From Trichoplax adhaerens (lineage: Eukaryota > Animalia > Placozoa): a stretch of 64,000 nt of DNA. The position numbers and the translations under genes are program-made. The notes below the pieces were generated by a model that had not been told where the DNA came from, searched no databases, and saw only the letters and a program-made list of their open reading frames with translations. The stretch spans positions 7,921,880 to 7,985,879 of the forward strand of contig NW_002060947.1 in the NCBI RefSeq assembly GCF_000150275.1. The letters are read 5' to 3'. Shown here in pieces: positions 28,271-40,400 of this stretch; positions within the stretch are counted from its first letter, which is position 1, and every line of letters begins with the position of its first letter.

Positions 28271-29363
28271 AAATCTTTCGTAGTCTTCTGTATTATCGGG
28301 TTGTAATCGATACCAATTATAATATTTTACTTGGACATAGTATATGCTTAATAAACTTGAATATGCAAAATACTCTCTCAAATCTAATACACTACCGCGA
28401 TTAAAAGATTGTACGTATATATATGAAGTTATTAAATTGAAAATAAATGTATTGTAAAAATAAGCCGCGGGATATATCTTTGAGAATATCTTGTGCTAGT
28501 ATACGAGCGTAGATGGATATTCATAGCGAATACTTTTGAAACAATAATTTAGATTAAACATGATTGTAAAGCAGAATAATTAGACGGTACTATTTGGTTT
28601 AGGTCATTTATATCAGATTACTCTAACAAAGATGATATTGTTCCTTCGGCTCTAACGCTTGCTTTCTAATTAGCTTTACATAACATCCTACTAATTCTCA
28701 AATGACTGCAAGTAACGACTATTTATTCCGCAGTTTAAAACATTAGCTAGAATAATTTGCTGCATTTCAAGCCACGCCAGTTGGTTTCTTTGACAAATAA
28801 AATGGGGCAGTGAGGTGGCCAAGGCCTGCAGAATCAGCTATCGTTAAAGCATTCTACGCTTACAAATCCATTGCAGTTTTACAAATTCACCTTACATAGA
28901 ATGTCAACGATGTCATTCTGACTTTGATCAAGACCAAACTAAAATGAAGCTTATTCAGAGAGCAGAAAGAGAATAGGACAAACATTGAAGGCGCTTTAAT
29001 AGCCATTGCGAGAATGGATTGAATAGACATTTTTATTGTTATGCTGTCTTTTAAATCGTACAAGCTGTACATCCAATTGCTGATTTCACACTTTTCTGGC
29101 CAGGCATATAGAAAGCAACAGCTAATCAATCATTTTAATTGCAAGATTATGGAATAAACACTAGAAAGTGAGTTAGCCTATCCTACGAGTAGGTTAAAAA
29201 TAGAACTTTGAATAACGCATCTGCTAGCCATAACTATACTGGGTTAACATTATGATATCGATCCACAGCATAGCATGGTCGATGGTCTACACCCAATGGA
29301 AACAAGCAGAAGACAATCCTGTCTGAATATACATAAAATAAGTGTTGTACTAGGTCGCTTTAC

Positions 29364-30533
29364 TTATTCCTTTTGTGGAGGAGACCAAGAATCGATCTTG
29401 CGCCGAGTAGTACTATATGGTACATATTCCCTATATGATCCGGTCATATTTGATTTATGTCCAGATAGAAATTTACGTTCAACAGGGGGATCAATCGTTG
29501 GAGGGTCGTCCGTCATGAAATGGATCCATCGATGCCTAGAATGCAAATTCAGAGTGGAAGTAATGAGTAACATCGCAAGGCGCCATGTTATGAGCAATAT
29601 CGGTAAATATTTTCTGCGCTACCCAGACTCTAGCTACAGTAGGACACATCTCATCACAAAGTCAAGCAACAAATAGTGAAAAAAATGGATACAACAATCA
29701 CCGCAACATCAGACTATCACTTATCGATGGGTTAAGAAAGAGTGCACTATAATACAAAGGGCTGACTTTAAACATTGTTCTGATCAGAGTGAAAGTGAAA
29801 AGGTTATTTTAATATAGCTTGATTGAGGATGTGGCCGAATATTCCTGTTCGATTTACTTAGCCTTGTAATATCCTACTATACACTGTAGTGTCGACAGTA
29901 TCCACTCGTCTATAATGCTCTACCAATATAGTGACTGCTAAAGGCATCGATTACAACAGTATCAACAGCAATCGTAGTCTTATGAATGTATCGAATAGTA
30001 AATACTCATCCGTTATCAGTTGAACTAGAAGAATATTGCCATCAAAATGGGTTCTAGCATACCATTCAGCTGGAATATCGCTAGCGTCGTATTTCCACCA
30101 ATCCTTGTAATCTACCCATCGATGGCGAGCTATTGAAAAATTGGCAAAGACACGCAAAGTTGTAACCCATTGATTGATCTAGTATCATCTTACAACGCTA
30201 TCATTCCACTGGATGGTGTATCGATATCTACATCTCAATTATCCTACAGTAGTTGAACAAGTCGAGATGATCTTACCTACAAAATAGTTTTTATTTTCAT
30301 AATACTTGTTTCCATATTTGTCTTCACCCACTAACGCTCCAAATTTTATAACACATTCCCTAGTTATGATTGAAAGAATGGAAAAAGATTGAGCTTACAG
30401 TCTCTTCTCCTTTCTATTGAATAATCGATTTGGACTTGATAGCTCACCGAAACATCTTGGATATCCCCCAGTACCATCCGGTGGGGCGCGTAAGGACTTG
30501 AACCAAGGAAGTAAATTTAGTCGTCTGCGCCAT
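29364..30533 (-). CDS. NDUFA12: NADH dehydrogenase [ubiquinone] 1 alpha subcomplex subunit 12 (4 coding exons)
   Basis: Exons 30533-30448, 30359-30277, 30129-30063, 29535-29364 splice in frame to MAQTTKF...[31 protein letters not shown]...[22 protein letters not shown]...[28 protein letters not shown]. These are the hallmark NDUFA12/B17.2 motifs. Confidence 0.95.
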
Positions 30534-30592
30534 ATTGAATTGCAGCCGACAGCTTTTCAACGGGCAGTGATCGATTGAAAACAACGGGGCTG

Positions 30593-30676
30593 TAGTCTAG
30601 TCCGGTCTAGTCCGGTCTAGTCCGGTCTAGTCCGGTCCAGTCCAGTCCAGTCCAGTCCAGTCCAGTCCAGTCCAGT
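30593..30676. repeat. Compound microsatellite (TAGTCCGGTC)4 followed by ~8 CAGTC units, in the NDUFA12 promoter region
   Basis: Directly visible; begins 60 bp upstream of the NDUFA12 ATG. Both parts derive from a YRGTC pentamer. Confidence 0.95.
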
Positions 30677-30869
30677 ACCGACTGCAGACGGGTAATGGTA
30701 TAACTTGATACTGTTACTGTAGTGGATACCATAGAGTTCAGTAGAAACCCTTCAAAAAATAGGTTAGGGATAACACAGCTGGACGCCGGTCTGCGCCGTC
30801 TCAGTGAGTCCCCCACTGGGAGTATGTTTCGTAACAGTCTGTATGGAAGCTAGAAAATCTACCTATGTG

Positions 30870-32185
30870 TTTACTATCATCAGGGACTACTGAGAGAGAG
30901 AGAGAGTAGTCCGGTGCTGTCATCAACTCCTGCGAGAAGAAACCTGGACTATGCCTCAGACGGATGGACTTGGTCCACAAACGAATTGAGGTTGCGTTGA
31001 TATGGAAAAATGACTACTTAGTATGGATCTTTCGAGTCTGTTTTCTACAGTATAGCGTTGGTACTAGTTTAAATAGCATTTACGATCTTATCTAGCAGTT
31101 TCCAAGCAGAACTTTGGTAATATAGTATATATATATTTACTAGGTAATGATAAGATTCGATATGATATTATTTTAGAAAATAACATTCAGTTCAGAATCG
31201 ACTATCGTCATACTTCAGTACTGTCGTAACGAAGTGTTTGGCACAATATTTTAACGAGATGGGTCCCAAAATGTCTGTCCGTCCTAGAGTAATCAGCCCA
31301 GATTCTTCTTTTGGTAGTCCATACTGACTCAGTACAGCCTGTGTGAACTCACTGCGTAGTAGGTCTGGGCTGATTTTTCCCTCGGACGGATGGACTTTCT
31401 TGACCAAATGAGGTCTTGTCTATATCAAAAAAATGATGAACAGCTCTTACTGTAGCATTAAAAACTGATGAACAGGCTGTAGTATCGATCTTCGGTGTCT
31501 ATTTTCTATGTCGGCTCTCTTCATACTCCAGTAGTGTCATAGCGAAGTGTTTGGCAAAGTATTTTGGTGAGATGAGGCAGAAAATGTCTGTCCGTCCAAG
31601 AGTGATCAGTCCGGATTCTTCTTTTGGTAGTCCATACTGACTCAGTACAGCCTGTGTGAACTCACTGCGTAGTACTGTAGGCCTGGGCTGATTTTCCCCT
31701 CAGACGGATGGACTTTCTTGACCAAATGAGGTCTTGTCCATATCAAAAATGATTAACAGCACTTACTGTAGTATCGATCTTCGTTGTCTATTTTCTATAT
31801 CGGCTCTCTTCATATTCAAGTAGTGTCATAGCGACGTGTTTGGCAAAGTATTTTGACCAAGTGAGTCCGAAAGTGTCTGTCCGTCCAAGAGTCATCAGCC
31901 CAGATTCTTCTTTTGGTAGTCCATACTGACTCAGTACAGCCTGTGTGAACTCACTGCGTAGTAGGCCTGGGCTGATTTTTCCCTCGGACGGATGGACTTT
32001 CTTGACCAAATGAGGTCTTGTCCATATCAAAAAGATTAACAGCACTTACTGTAGTATCGATCTTCGCTGTCTATTTTCTATATCGGCTCTCTTCATACTC
32101 AAGTAGTGTCATAGCGAAGTGTTTGGCACAGTATTTTGGTGAGATGAAGCAGAAAATGTCTGTCCGTCCAAGAGTGATCAGTCAG
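30870..32185. repeat. Tandem array of ~285-bp units (one highly diverged copy, three near-complete copies, one partial), each with internal inverted repeats
   Basis: Unit marker GTATCGATCTTC at 31482, 31771 and 32054 (periods 289 and 283). A diverged copy at ~30870-31050 shares CTCAGACGGATGGACT and GTATGGATCTTTCG. Confidence 0.92.
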
Positions 32186-32313
32186 GCACTGTACAGTACA
32201 GTACAATGTAGATTATAGAATTGTAGATCAGTAAACAGACGGACGGAAAGCAGTGCTACACTACAACTCTGTCTGTCTGAATTGATGGATTGCCATCCTA
32301 ATTTCAGGCACTT

Positions 32314-32887
32314 ACTTTCGAGAGACTTCTACTCAGAAGTGCCTGCAAATTGGATGCTTAGCTATTCTACTGTAGTAGTCCATGATATCAAGGGTAGAGT
32401 GTGATAGACGATTTTGGTAGTAGTGCATAGTTAGTATCACTTTCGAGAGACTTCTACTCAGAAGTGCCTGCAAATTGGATGCTTCGGTATTCTACTGTAG
32501 TAGTCCATGATATCAAGGGTAGAGTGTGATAGACGATTTTGGTAGTAGTGCATAGTTAGTATCACTTTCGAGAGACTTCTACTCAGAAGTGCCTGCAAAT
32601 TGGATGCTTCGGTATTCTACTGTAGTAGTCCATGATATCAAGGGTAGAGTGTGATAGACGATTTTGGTAGTAGTGCATAGTTAGTATCACTTTCGAGAGA
32701 CTTCTACTCAGAAGTGCCTGCAAATTGGATGCTTCGGTATTCTACTGTAGTAGTCCATGATATCAAGGGTAGAGTTGTATATTTTCGTGGGCAACAATAC
32801 TGACATTAACCAAGTCTAAGATTCAGATAGATGACAAGAGTGTGATAGACGATTTCGGTAGTAGTGCTTAGTTAGTATCACTTTCGA
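32314..32887. repeat. Near-identical 125-bp tandem repeat, 4 units; the last unit is ~66 bp longer
   Basis: TTTCGAGAGACTTCTACTCAGAAGTGCC starts at 32316, 32441, 32566 and 32691. Confidence 0.97.
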
Positions 32888-34469
32888 TCATGTTGATATC
32901 AAAACAGCCGAAAGAGGAATCTAGGTAGTAATAATCGAGCTCTACTTGTACGTTACTTTGACCATGGACTACTAGGAGATTTAGTCAATGATATGACTTT
33001 CGATATCTGATCAACAAGAATTGAATAAGCATCGATCAAGCTCTACAGCAATTTGTGTCACTTTTGATACACGTATTCCACTTTTAGTCTATGAAAAAGG
33101 CTATTACTTTTATCCTTGTTCATATCAACCTAGATGCCTCCAATCGTTGTATTGTCAACGAAATTCTCCAAAGGATTACTTAATGTTCATTTCCCCTCGT
33201 AGTAATCATGAATTCAAGCTATTTTCCCCTCTTGTCAAATTATTGCGATCCACGAAATGATTCCATGATTCACTAGCCCTATACGAAATCCATTCGCTTA
33301 GTTCATACAATAGGTATTGCTTCCCTGATATGCATTTAATAATTATTATCCTATTTTTTTGTAATTAATTTTGGTATTCTAAAACGAAGGCAAGTTTTAA
33401 AATTAATTTTTTGTATAACAGAACCTCTTCTCTCTAATAACATTAGCAGCCAAATGAAGACATCGATCCGTAGTATTCTACTGTATCTTTAACGGCTAAT
33501 TGTATCTAGTCAATGGTACACTATATCGCAATCATTCTCTTCATATCATTATTCTTGCAACTTTGTCCGTTATATATATATACACTTTGGTAACATTGCC
33601 CGTAAATCGGTGCTATAACCGATCATTACTAGAAAAATTTGAGATATAGAAACTAGAAAATAAGTAGAAATTAATTCTTTAAATTGTATTGACTTCATTT
33701 TATTAACTTTATCATTATCATAATACAATGGTAGAACGTTCAGACTCACCATCACATACCACTTTAGTATTATTTACGATTTCTATATATCAATATCAAA
33801 TAATAAAGTTGTCAATGTAAACTTATACCAGTAAAGCCACATTATTAATTAATTCTATCAAGCGGTAGTTAACTCAACGATTTGAAATTCAATTGTAAAA
33901 ATTTCTTTTCGACGCTTTCAGTGATGATACACATACATTCAGTATATTGAGTATAAAAGATGAATGGCAAAATATGCCTAAAGCATCGCTTCCATGACTT
34001 ATAAAATTCCATTGAGTTGTGGTAAAATTACCATCTAATCACCAAGGAATGGGTATACGTAGGAATAGGATAGTGTTGAACGACCATTTCAATAGTAAAA
34101 TACGTACAAAATCATACCATTTGCAATCTATTATAAGAGTATCTCGTACCAAGTACAAAATACAGTGTTATAATAAATCAAATTTTCTACAAGGCTATAT
34201 AAAAATGTACATTACGGTAGTTAATATGGACTATATCAAAGCGTGAGAGAGTTATACTATGAAAAGCTGCTGATATAGCAATGAATCATATAGTTCAAAA
34301 TACTTATAGCATATAGTCTATGCCAGTAATACGGTGTGTTAGATGATATCTTTCTTTATAGCATAAGGTCATGTCAATATATATATATATATAACAACAA
34401 AATTATTAAAGCGGTGGATACAAGAAAAAAATTGTCATTTGTTGAACTATCTATTAATACGCTCATATA

Positions 34470-37400
34470 TTAACATTCACTTTCGTATTTAGATTTCTTT
34501 ATCAACAGAGCTAATTTATCTGCTAAACTTGGCATACCGGCATCTTCTAAGGCCAGTCTTAACTATAATTTTGGTAAAGAAAATGGAGACTGTGCATAAG
34601 AATTTCATGTTCATAACATGTAATCAACTATTAATGCGCTGGAGAAAATAAATTCCTGTTTACACTAATATCGGACTGCCTACCTCAGTGATATACTTTG
34701 TCGCATACGTGAATAATTCATGGACGGCATTTAGACTATTAAAATTTCTCTTAACTCTAAATCTTCGCATCATATCTTCATGAGTATGCAAGAGTTCATC
34801 CAATGAAACAGGTGGCATATATTGTATATCAGCATAAAACCTACATGTATTTATCGCATAATGATTAATATGTCATCCATATTTACTTTACAATATTTAA
34901 AGATATCGCTATCTATTCAAATAGACATTGATATGTTACGTACTTTTGTACTCTAGCTTTATAATCAGACGTTTCTCGAGCATATAATAACTTATTTGAT
35001 GGTGAATCCTATTCAAATATTTTAAAGAATAATCAGTTATTATTCTTATAGTAAGTTACGTTTCATCAATATATAAATACGAAATGAAGAAAACGCTATG
35101 TTAAAACGTCTCCTTACCTTTCCTAAACGGTTATCCGTAATTGAGCAAGAATCCATGAAAGCTTGTGCAATAACCGACAAGCATGAATCAACGGTACCAG
35201 ATTTATTGACATCAAAAGCATGATGTGGATTTTTAACAATGTTAATGTAAAACCGCAACGGTAAACTAGAAATACCATAAGAGTTTAGTATGATTATTTA
35301 GCTTGTAATAGATTTAAAATGCGTATTAGTTAATACAGTGTAAAGAAAGCAAGAGTTTTCTATATAGTCAGATTTAAATTTACCAATTGTTTTTCCAGGT
35401 GTGCGCAACATCATTTTCAGTAGTAAATCCTAGTTTAAAAGCTTCATAATCAAGAAAGTCGAATAAGTATTTGATGACTTTGGGGAAATGATATAGCGTT
35501 TGAGGAACGGTAAACATCTGAGAAAACAGATCGTCGACAAACGTTTGCAGAATATGCTATAAAGAATTAGATATAAAAGTTATCAATAACATTGTAAAAC
35601 AGGAATAAAAATTTTAAATTTTATATGATTTCTTACCTTAGTGGATAGCAATCTTGTTAAGAAGACTTCAGAGACCAATTTATTAGCATTTGGATCTGTA
35701 GAGTTTTCATCCATTGGTTTTATCTAAAATAATGTTAACGAAGGTTATTAAACGTAATGCAACCAGAAGCTGATAAATTTACTGTTTAATAATAATTATT
35801 ATGCTCACCAGGTGCCATAAATTGTAATGTGTTTCACCATTTTCATCGACTGATAATCTACCAAGGAGACTACGTGATGAAACTAAATGCACAAAGTCGA
35901 ATAAAAGCTTAGGCAAATATACTATAGGCAATCTATCATAGCTACATAAGTTATTAATTGTTTTATATTTATATTTATTCTAGTGGTATAAGAATAGAGA
36001 AATCCTAAAGAAATAGTTTACCAGGATATCTTGTCGAGGAATTACTGCTGACTGATAAGCTTGAAGCAGAGGTACGTGGAATAACAACTACAGAGGCTCC
36101 ATCTGGTATCTGGCGATAAATGAAATCGCGTAAGTTATATAAAATTTTAGCACGATATTAATATAGAGCAACTACTTGATCAAGGGTACCTGATAGTGTT
36201 TTAAAGTATTAATTCGCTTCCAACGGCCAGAAATATTACTGCTGTCATCTTCATTTTTCAAAATAATTCTCACCAATCCAGACGGAGTGTCACGTATCCA
36301 TTCTGTTAACATTGGCATCAATTAAAATTAGTACATTCAATTTATTGATCATACTAATCTATCTAAGTTGTCATCATTTAATAATTAATTGAAAGCATGC
36401 GCTAATTTATTTTAATTAGCATACGAGTATTTCTACCTAAATCAATTTCTTCGGCTGGTGTACGTCTAGAATATGCTGCACTCTGTGTAATTAAAGAATA
36501 AAATGAAATGAGTAAGTGCTAGCACTTAATCAGGCAATACCGATACAAATATAATAAATGGTTGATGATATACTTTATAGATGGCATCTAATATTTTTTC
36601 TTTCGTTTGAGTGATGGAATCACAGTCAAGCACTTTAACCAATTCCGTCGTTCGTTCAAAGTGAGCGGAGAGCGTCAACGTCTATAAAATGTTGAAAATT
36701 TAAAAAATGATTTGTATCTAATTCCATACGAGTTTCTTAACGGAATAGACACTGTTCACATGTTATATATTACCCCTCGAACTTACTTGGTAATCAATAT
36801 TTTGTCTGATTAATTTATCCTCGCTCAGGGAATGCTTTGCATCGGCTGTAATCTCATCGACTGGACCTTTATCAACTTGTTGCTTTATTGCTTGATATAA
36901 AACGTATAAAGAATCACCGATACTTCCCTGTAATAAAATTGTGTAATGACTTAATTTTCATTCTATCATAATATAGCTTATTCTGCAACAGAAGATTTGT
37001 AAAGATTTAGCGATACTAATATAAATATTTTTAATCATGTAATTTGCAGACGATTTAGCCAGAAATGTGTGACTTACGAAAAGGTAAGGGTAAAAGAAGA
37101 AAGACAACCAATTTGTTAGCAATTTCTCAGCGATACATTCAGTTCTGTTTATCAAGAAAACGAGTATATGGTAAGGTATATTTATAAGTATAGGAGAATA
37201 AAAGTAATAATTAGGCTTTACTAATGCTTACTGTTGAGATATAATGCAAGTAAACTTAAATTTGGCTCATAATATCTTTCTCTATTAGAGAATATCCGTT
37301 AATCTTTGCTAATAGTATAAATATATCATATCTGAATATGATAGCTTAGAAAGTAAAATATTTCCTGGTACGAAATATATAATATAATTTATAATTTTCT

Positions 37401-40400
37401 ATTTAAGATCTCTTGATTTAACCATTATTCGTAACTTAGTAAGCAAAAGTAATGCTAATGTAAGCTATCTACTGTAGAAGTTACTATGCCATAAACAATA
37501 TTGAATTCATACCTCCTTAAAATTAATTTTGGATGATTTTTGGCAACGGACTTGTGGATTAATTCTCGCAGTAAGTGGCACAAAATTCTAAGTGTAATAA
37601 TAGATGTACATGGATATATTAGTTTCTAGTGTTGATGAAAAATATCAGCGTTTAGAAGTTTCCCTGTATTCATCTATAGCTAGTCTACGTACTCCGTGAC
37701 ATAACCCATCCGATGCTGTAAGGCCACCATTAATAAAGAAGCCACATTGCACCTAAGGCGAATACATGAAGTTAATATTAAAATAAACAATTCAATTTCA
37801 TTTTTAGTAATAATTAATAAATTAAACTATGCCAAACAAGATAAGAGAATTTTCGTGCAACAGTTTACCTGTCTTTCATGCTAAAGTCTTGCTGATTTTC
37901 TATCGTATGAAGGTAAATTTTTAAGAACTTTTTCTTATATAGTAAATCTGCAAATAAGAGAACTGCATCATCGTCATCATATCGCCTTCCCTCTCGTTGA
38001 TTCTAGTTGGTAATAATAAATTAAAATTAGTATATTAATTTCAATGAACAATCAATAGATCAAATATATAAATAAAGTGTAGTGGTAATAGGTGTCGTCT
38101 TACCAAGAAATGATGCACCGCATATTCCTCATTATCTGGAAATAGTATTTTGATTGCGTAGCCATTGAAAGGCAAATATGGGATGGAAAAATTAGATAAA
38201 TCGCTTTTCAAGTATTCAGAAACATCAGTTTGTAATTCGGCGAAAGCTGCAAAAAAATTAAGTCATTTTATTTCCAACGTAGCTCAATCAGCTATAGGTA
38301 TGAATTTATCTGCAATTTCTTATTCCTATATCAAAATCAATTTTAAATACCAGTTTTGCATTCTAGAGCGACTTGTGATTCCATACGATCTAAGCGCGTT
38401 TGTAAAGTTTCTTTCGTTCGACGATTTTGTGCCGATTTCCTTCGATAAAGGAAAATTAGTGGTATGATAATAACTAGTATAATTGCCACTGATGTAGTTA
38501 CAGCTATAATGATAGTTGTTCTGATTTGTTGTTCAGCCGAAAAAAATTGTACTTTCCCCGGTCGAAAGATTAAATTGCCCACAGTAACGGTAACTTGTAC
38601 AATTTTAGACTGAAGTTGAGTAGTTGTGCAAGTTAAATGGGTCTGATTCAGTGTAGATACTGCACATTTTTGCCCTCCAATCAAGATATTATAATCGGTT
38701 GTATTAGCAGCACGATTTAAATTCGTTCCTGTCATTGTCAAAATAAGATTACTTCCAACACTAGCTTCATCGTTAGCAAACGCATTGATACTTGGATTAG
38801 GCGTATAATATAGTTTGCTTCCTTCTTCATTATAAATATAGAGCTGTTTTAAGCTAGTAACACCATCCATAATTAATGATATGTAAGCTGTGAAAGAGTT
38901 TAGTCCGTTTGACAGCTCTGTAATATTGGGAAATGGACAGCGCATCATAGCTCCATTTGGGAAATTATTATTACATATTGATGATGCGGTTGTCTGTTGC
39001 TGTACTCCTGTCGAGATTATAATGCGAGGTGATATAACACTATCGAGATTAGTTCCATAGACGGTAAGATTTAACCCACCAGCTGGAAAAGCCCTATTAG
39101 GATACATTGCTACGAAGGTAGGATCTTCAGTGTAGGTAAATTTTTGAGCTGATGTAATTACTGCAGCATCGATCTGAACAGTTACACTACTAGTAATATC
39201 CCTTTTCATGATACTCCTCTTAGAAGATTGGGATGAACCAGTTACATTGGTTTGGCTTGTTAAACATTCTATCACCGTTGCAGTTCTACAAGAACATTAG
39301 TTATAAAATTTAAAATTTAAATTCAAGGAACTAGGCACAGTAGGATTCAAATTAATAACAGTAAATAATTATTTAATTACATTCGCAGGATATCACTATT
39401 AAATTCTGAGCTATTTATGCTTATAATCTCTTGCTGTATGATATAACTACACCTACGTACCTTTTCGTTATGTTGCAAGCTTTATCAGCGATAATCACTT
39501 TAGCTGTTAATCCAGCATTTAAATTTTGTCCTGTAATCTTGACATTGGTACCTCCTGATTCCGGCCCTTTTAAAGGATAGATACTACTGACGCTCGTTCT
39601 AACATATTGCCAATTTCTAATATATGACGCTGAAACTCCTCTGATATTCACAGTAACCTGCCCTTGTATATCCGACGAACTGGCAGAAGTATTGCAGTAA
39701 ATACTGTAACTGACTACATATCCATCTCGAAGTGGTTTACAGTTTAAGCCAGCTACGGTGATGCGGGTTATATCTGAGAACTGGATACCTAAATTAGTGC
39801 CAGTAATATTGATAACGGTTCCCCCTTCGATTGGACCCCGTAGTGGCATGACCTTTAATTATAGAGCTCAAATTAGTTAAAGATGATCATGAAACTAGGT
39901 TATATATTACAAATGTAAATCTGGTGTAGCTATTTAATATACCGAGTTAATATTAGGGCCAGGGCATGATTGGGATTGGATATTTCCAGGAAAGGAACAC
40001 TGCTGAACATGAGTACAGATTGAACTTTGCAGTGATTGCGACGGATATTGACACCAACCGCAATCATAACCTTTGGTTTGCTTAGCAGCTAAGCATACGC
40101 TACAATCACTCCGACCAAATCGACAATTATATAAAGTAACTAAAAATTAAAATATTCAATAATAAGGAAACATCAATACTTTAATAGTAACGTAATTAAT
40201 AAATTGATGACATAGATTAAATTATTCCAGCCATTAATGTTCGATTATTTGAATAGACTATTTTGATGATTACCTGTAACATTTCCTTCATTATAGATTA
40301 ATAATCTACCAAGATATCGGATTTGCAAATTTGCCTGAATACTCTCCACGGATTTACCGTAATTATACTTTTAAAATAATATGGATATCAGATTTTTAGT

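Noticed and set aside
30761-30780. GGTTAGGGATAACA as an LSU rRNA fragment, I-SceI site or telomerase template
   Set aside because: The match is only ~8-11 bp, with no flanking similarity or room for the expected RNA structure.
31460-31900. Hammerhead ribozyme / retrozyme array
   Set aside because: CTGATGA occurs once on each strand in single copies only. It is not conserved across units and lacks a correctly placed helix II-GAAA core.
31192-32218. Short ORFs in the ~285-bp repeat as a protein family
   Set aside because: They use non-ATG starts, copy 2 has a 5-bp frameshifting insertion, copies differ by many non-synonymous changes, and no domain is recognisable.
32314-32887. CRISPR-like array
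   Set aside because: The units are essentially identical along their whole length, with no variable spacers. The context is eukaryotic and has no cas genes.
21882-38467. Alternative-frame and antisense ORFs overlapping plexin and NDUFA12 exons (e.g. 21882, 22948, 25056, 25907, 29275, 38165)
   Set aside because: Shadow ORFs of real coding exons, with no independent coding signal.
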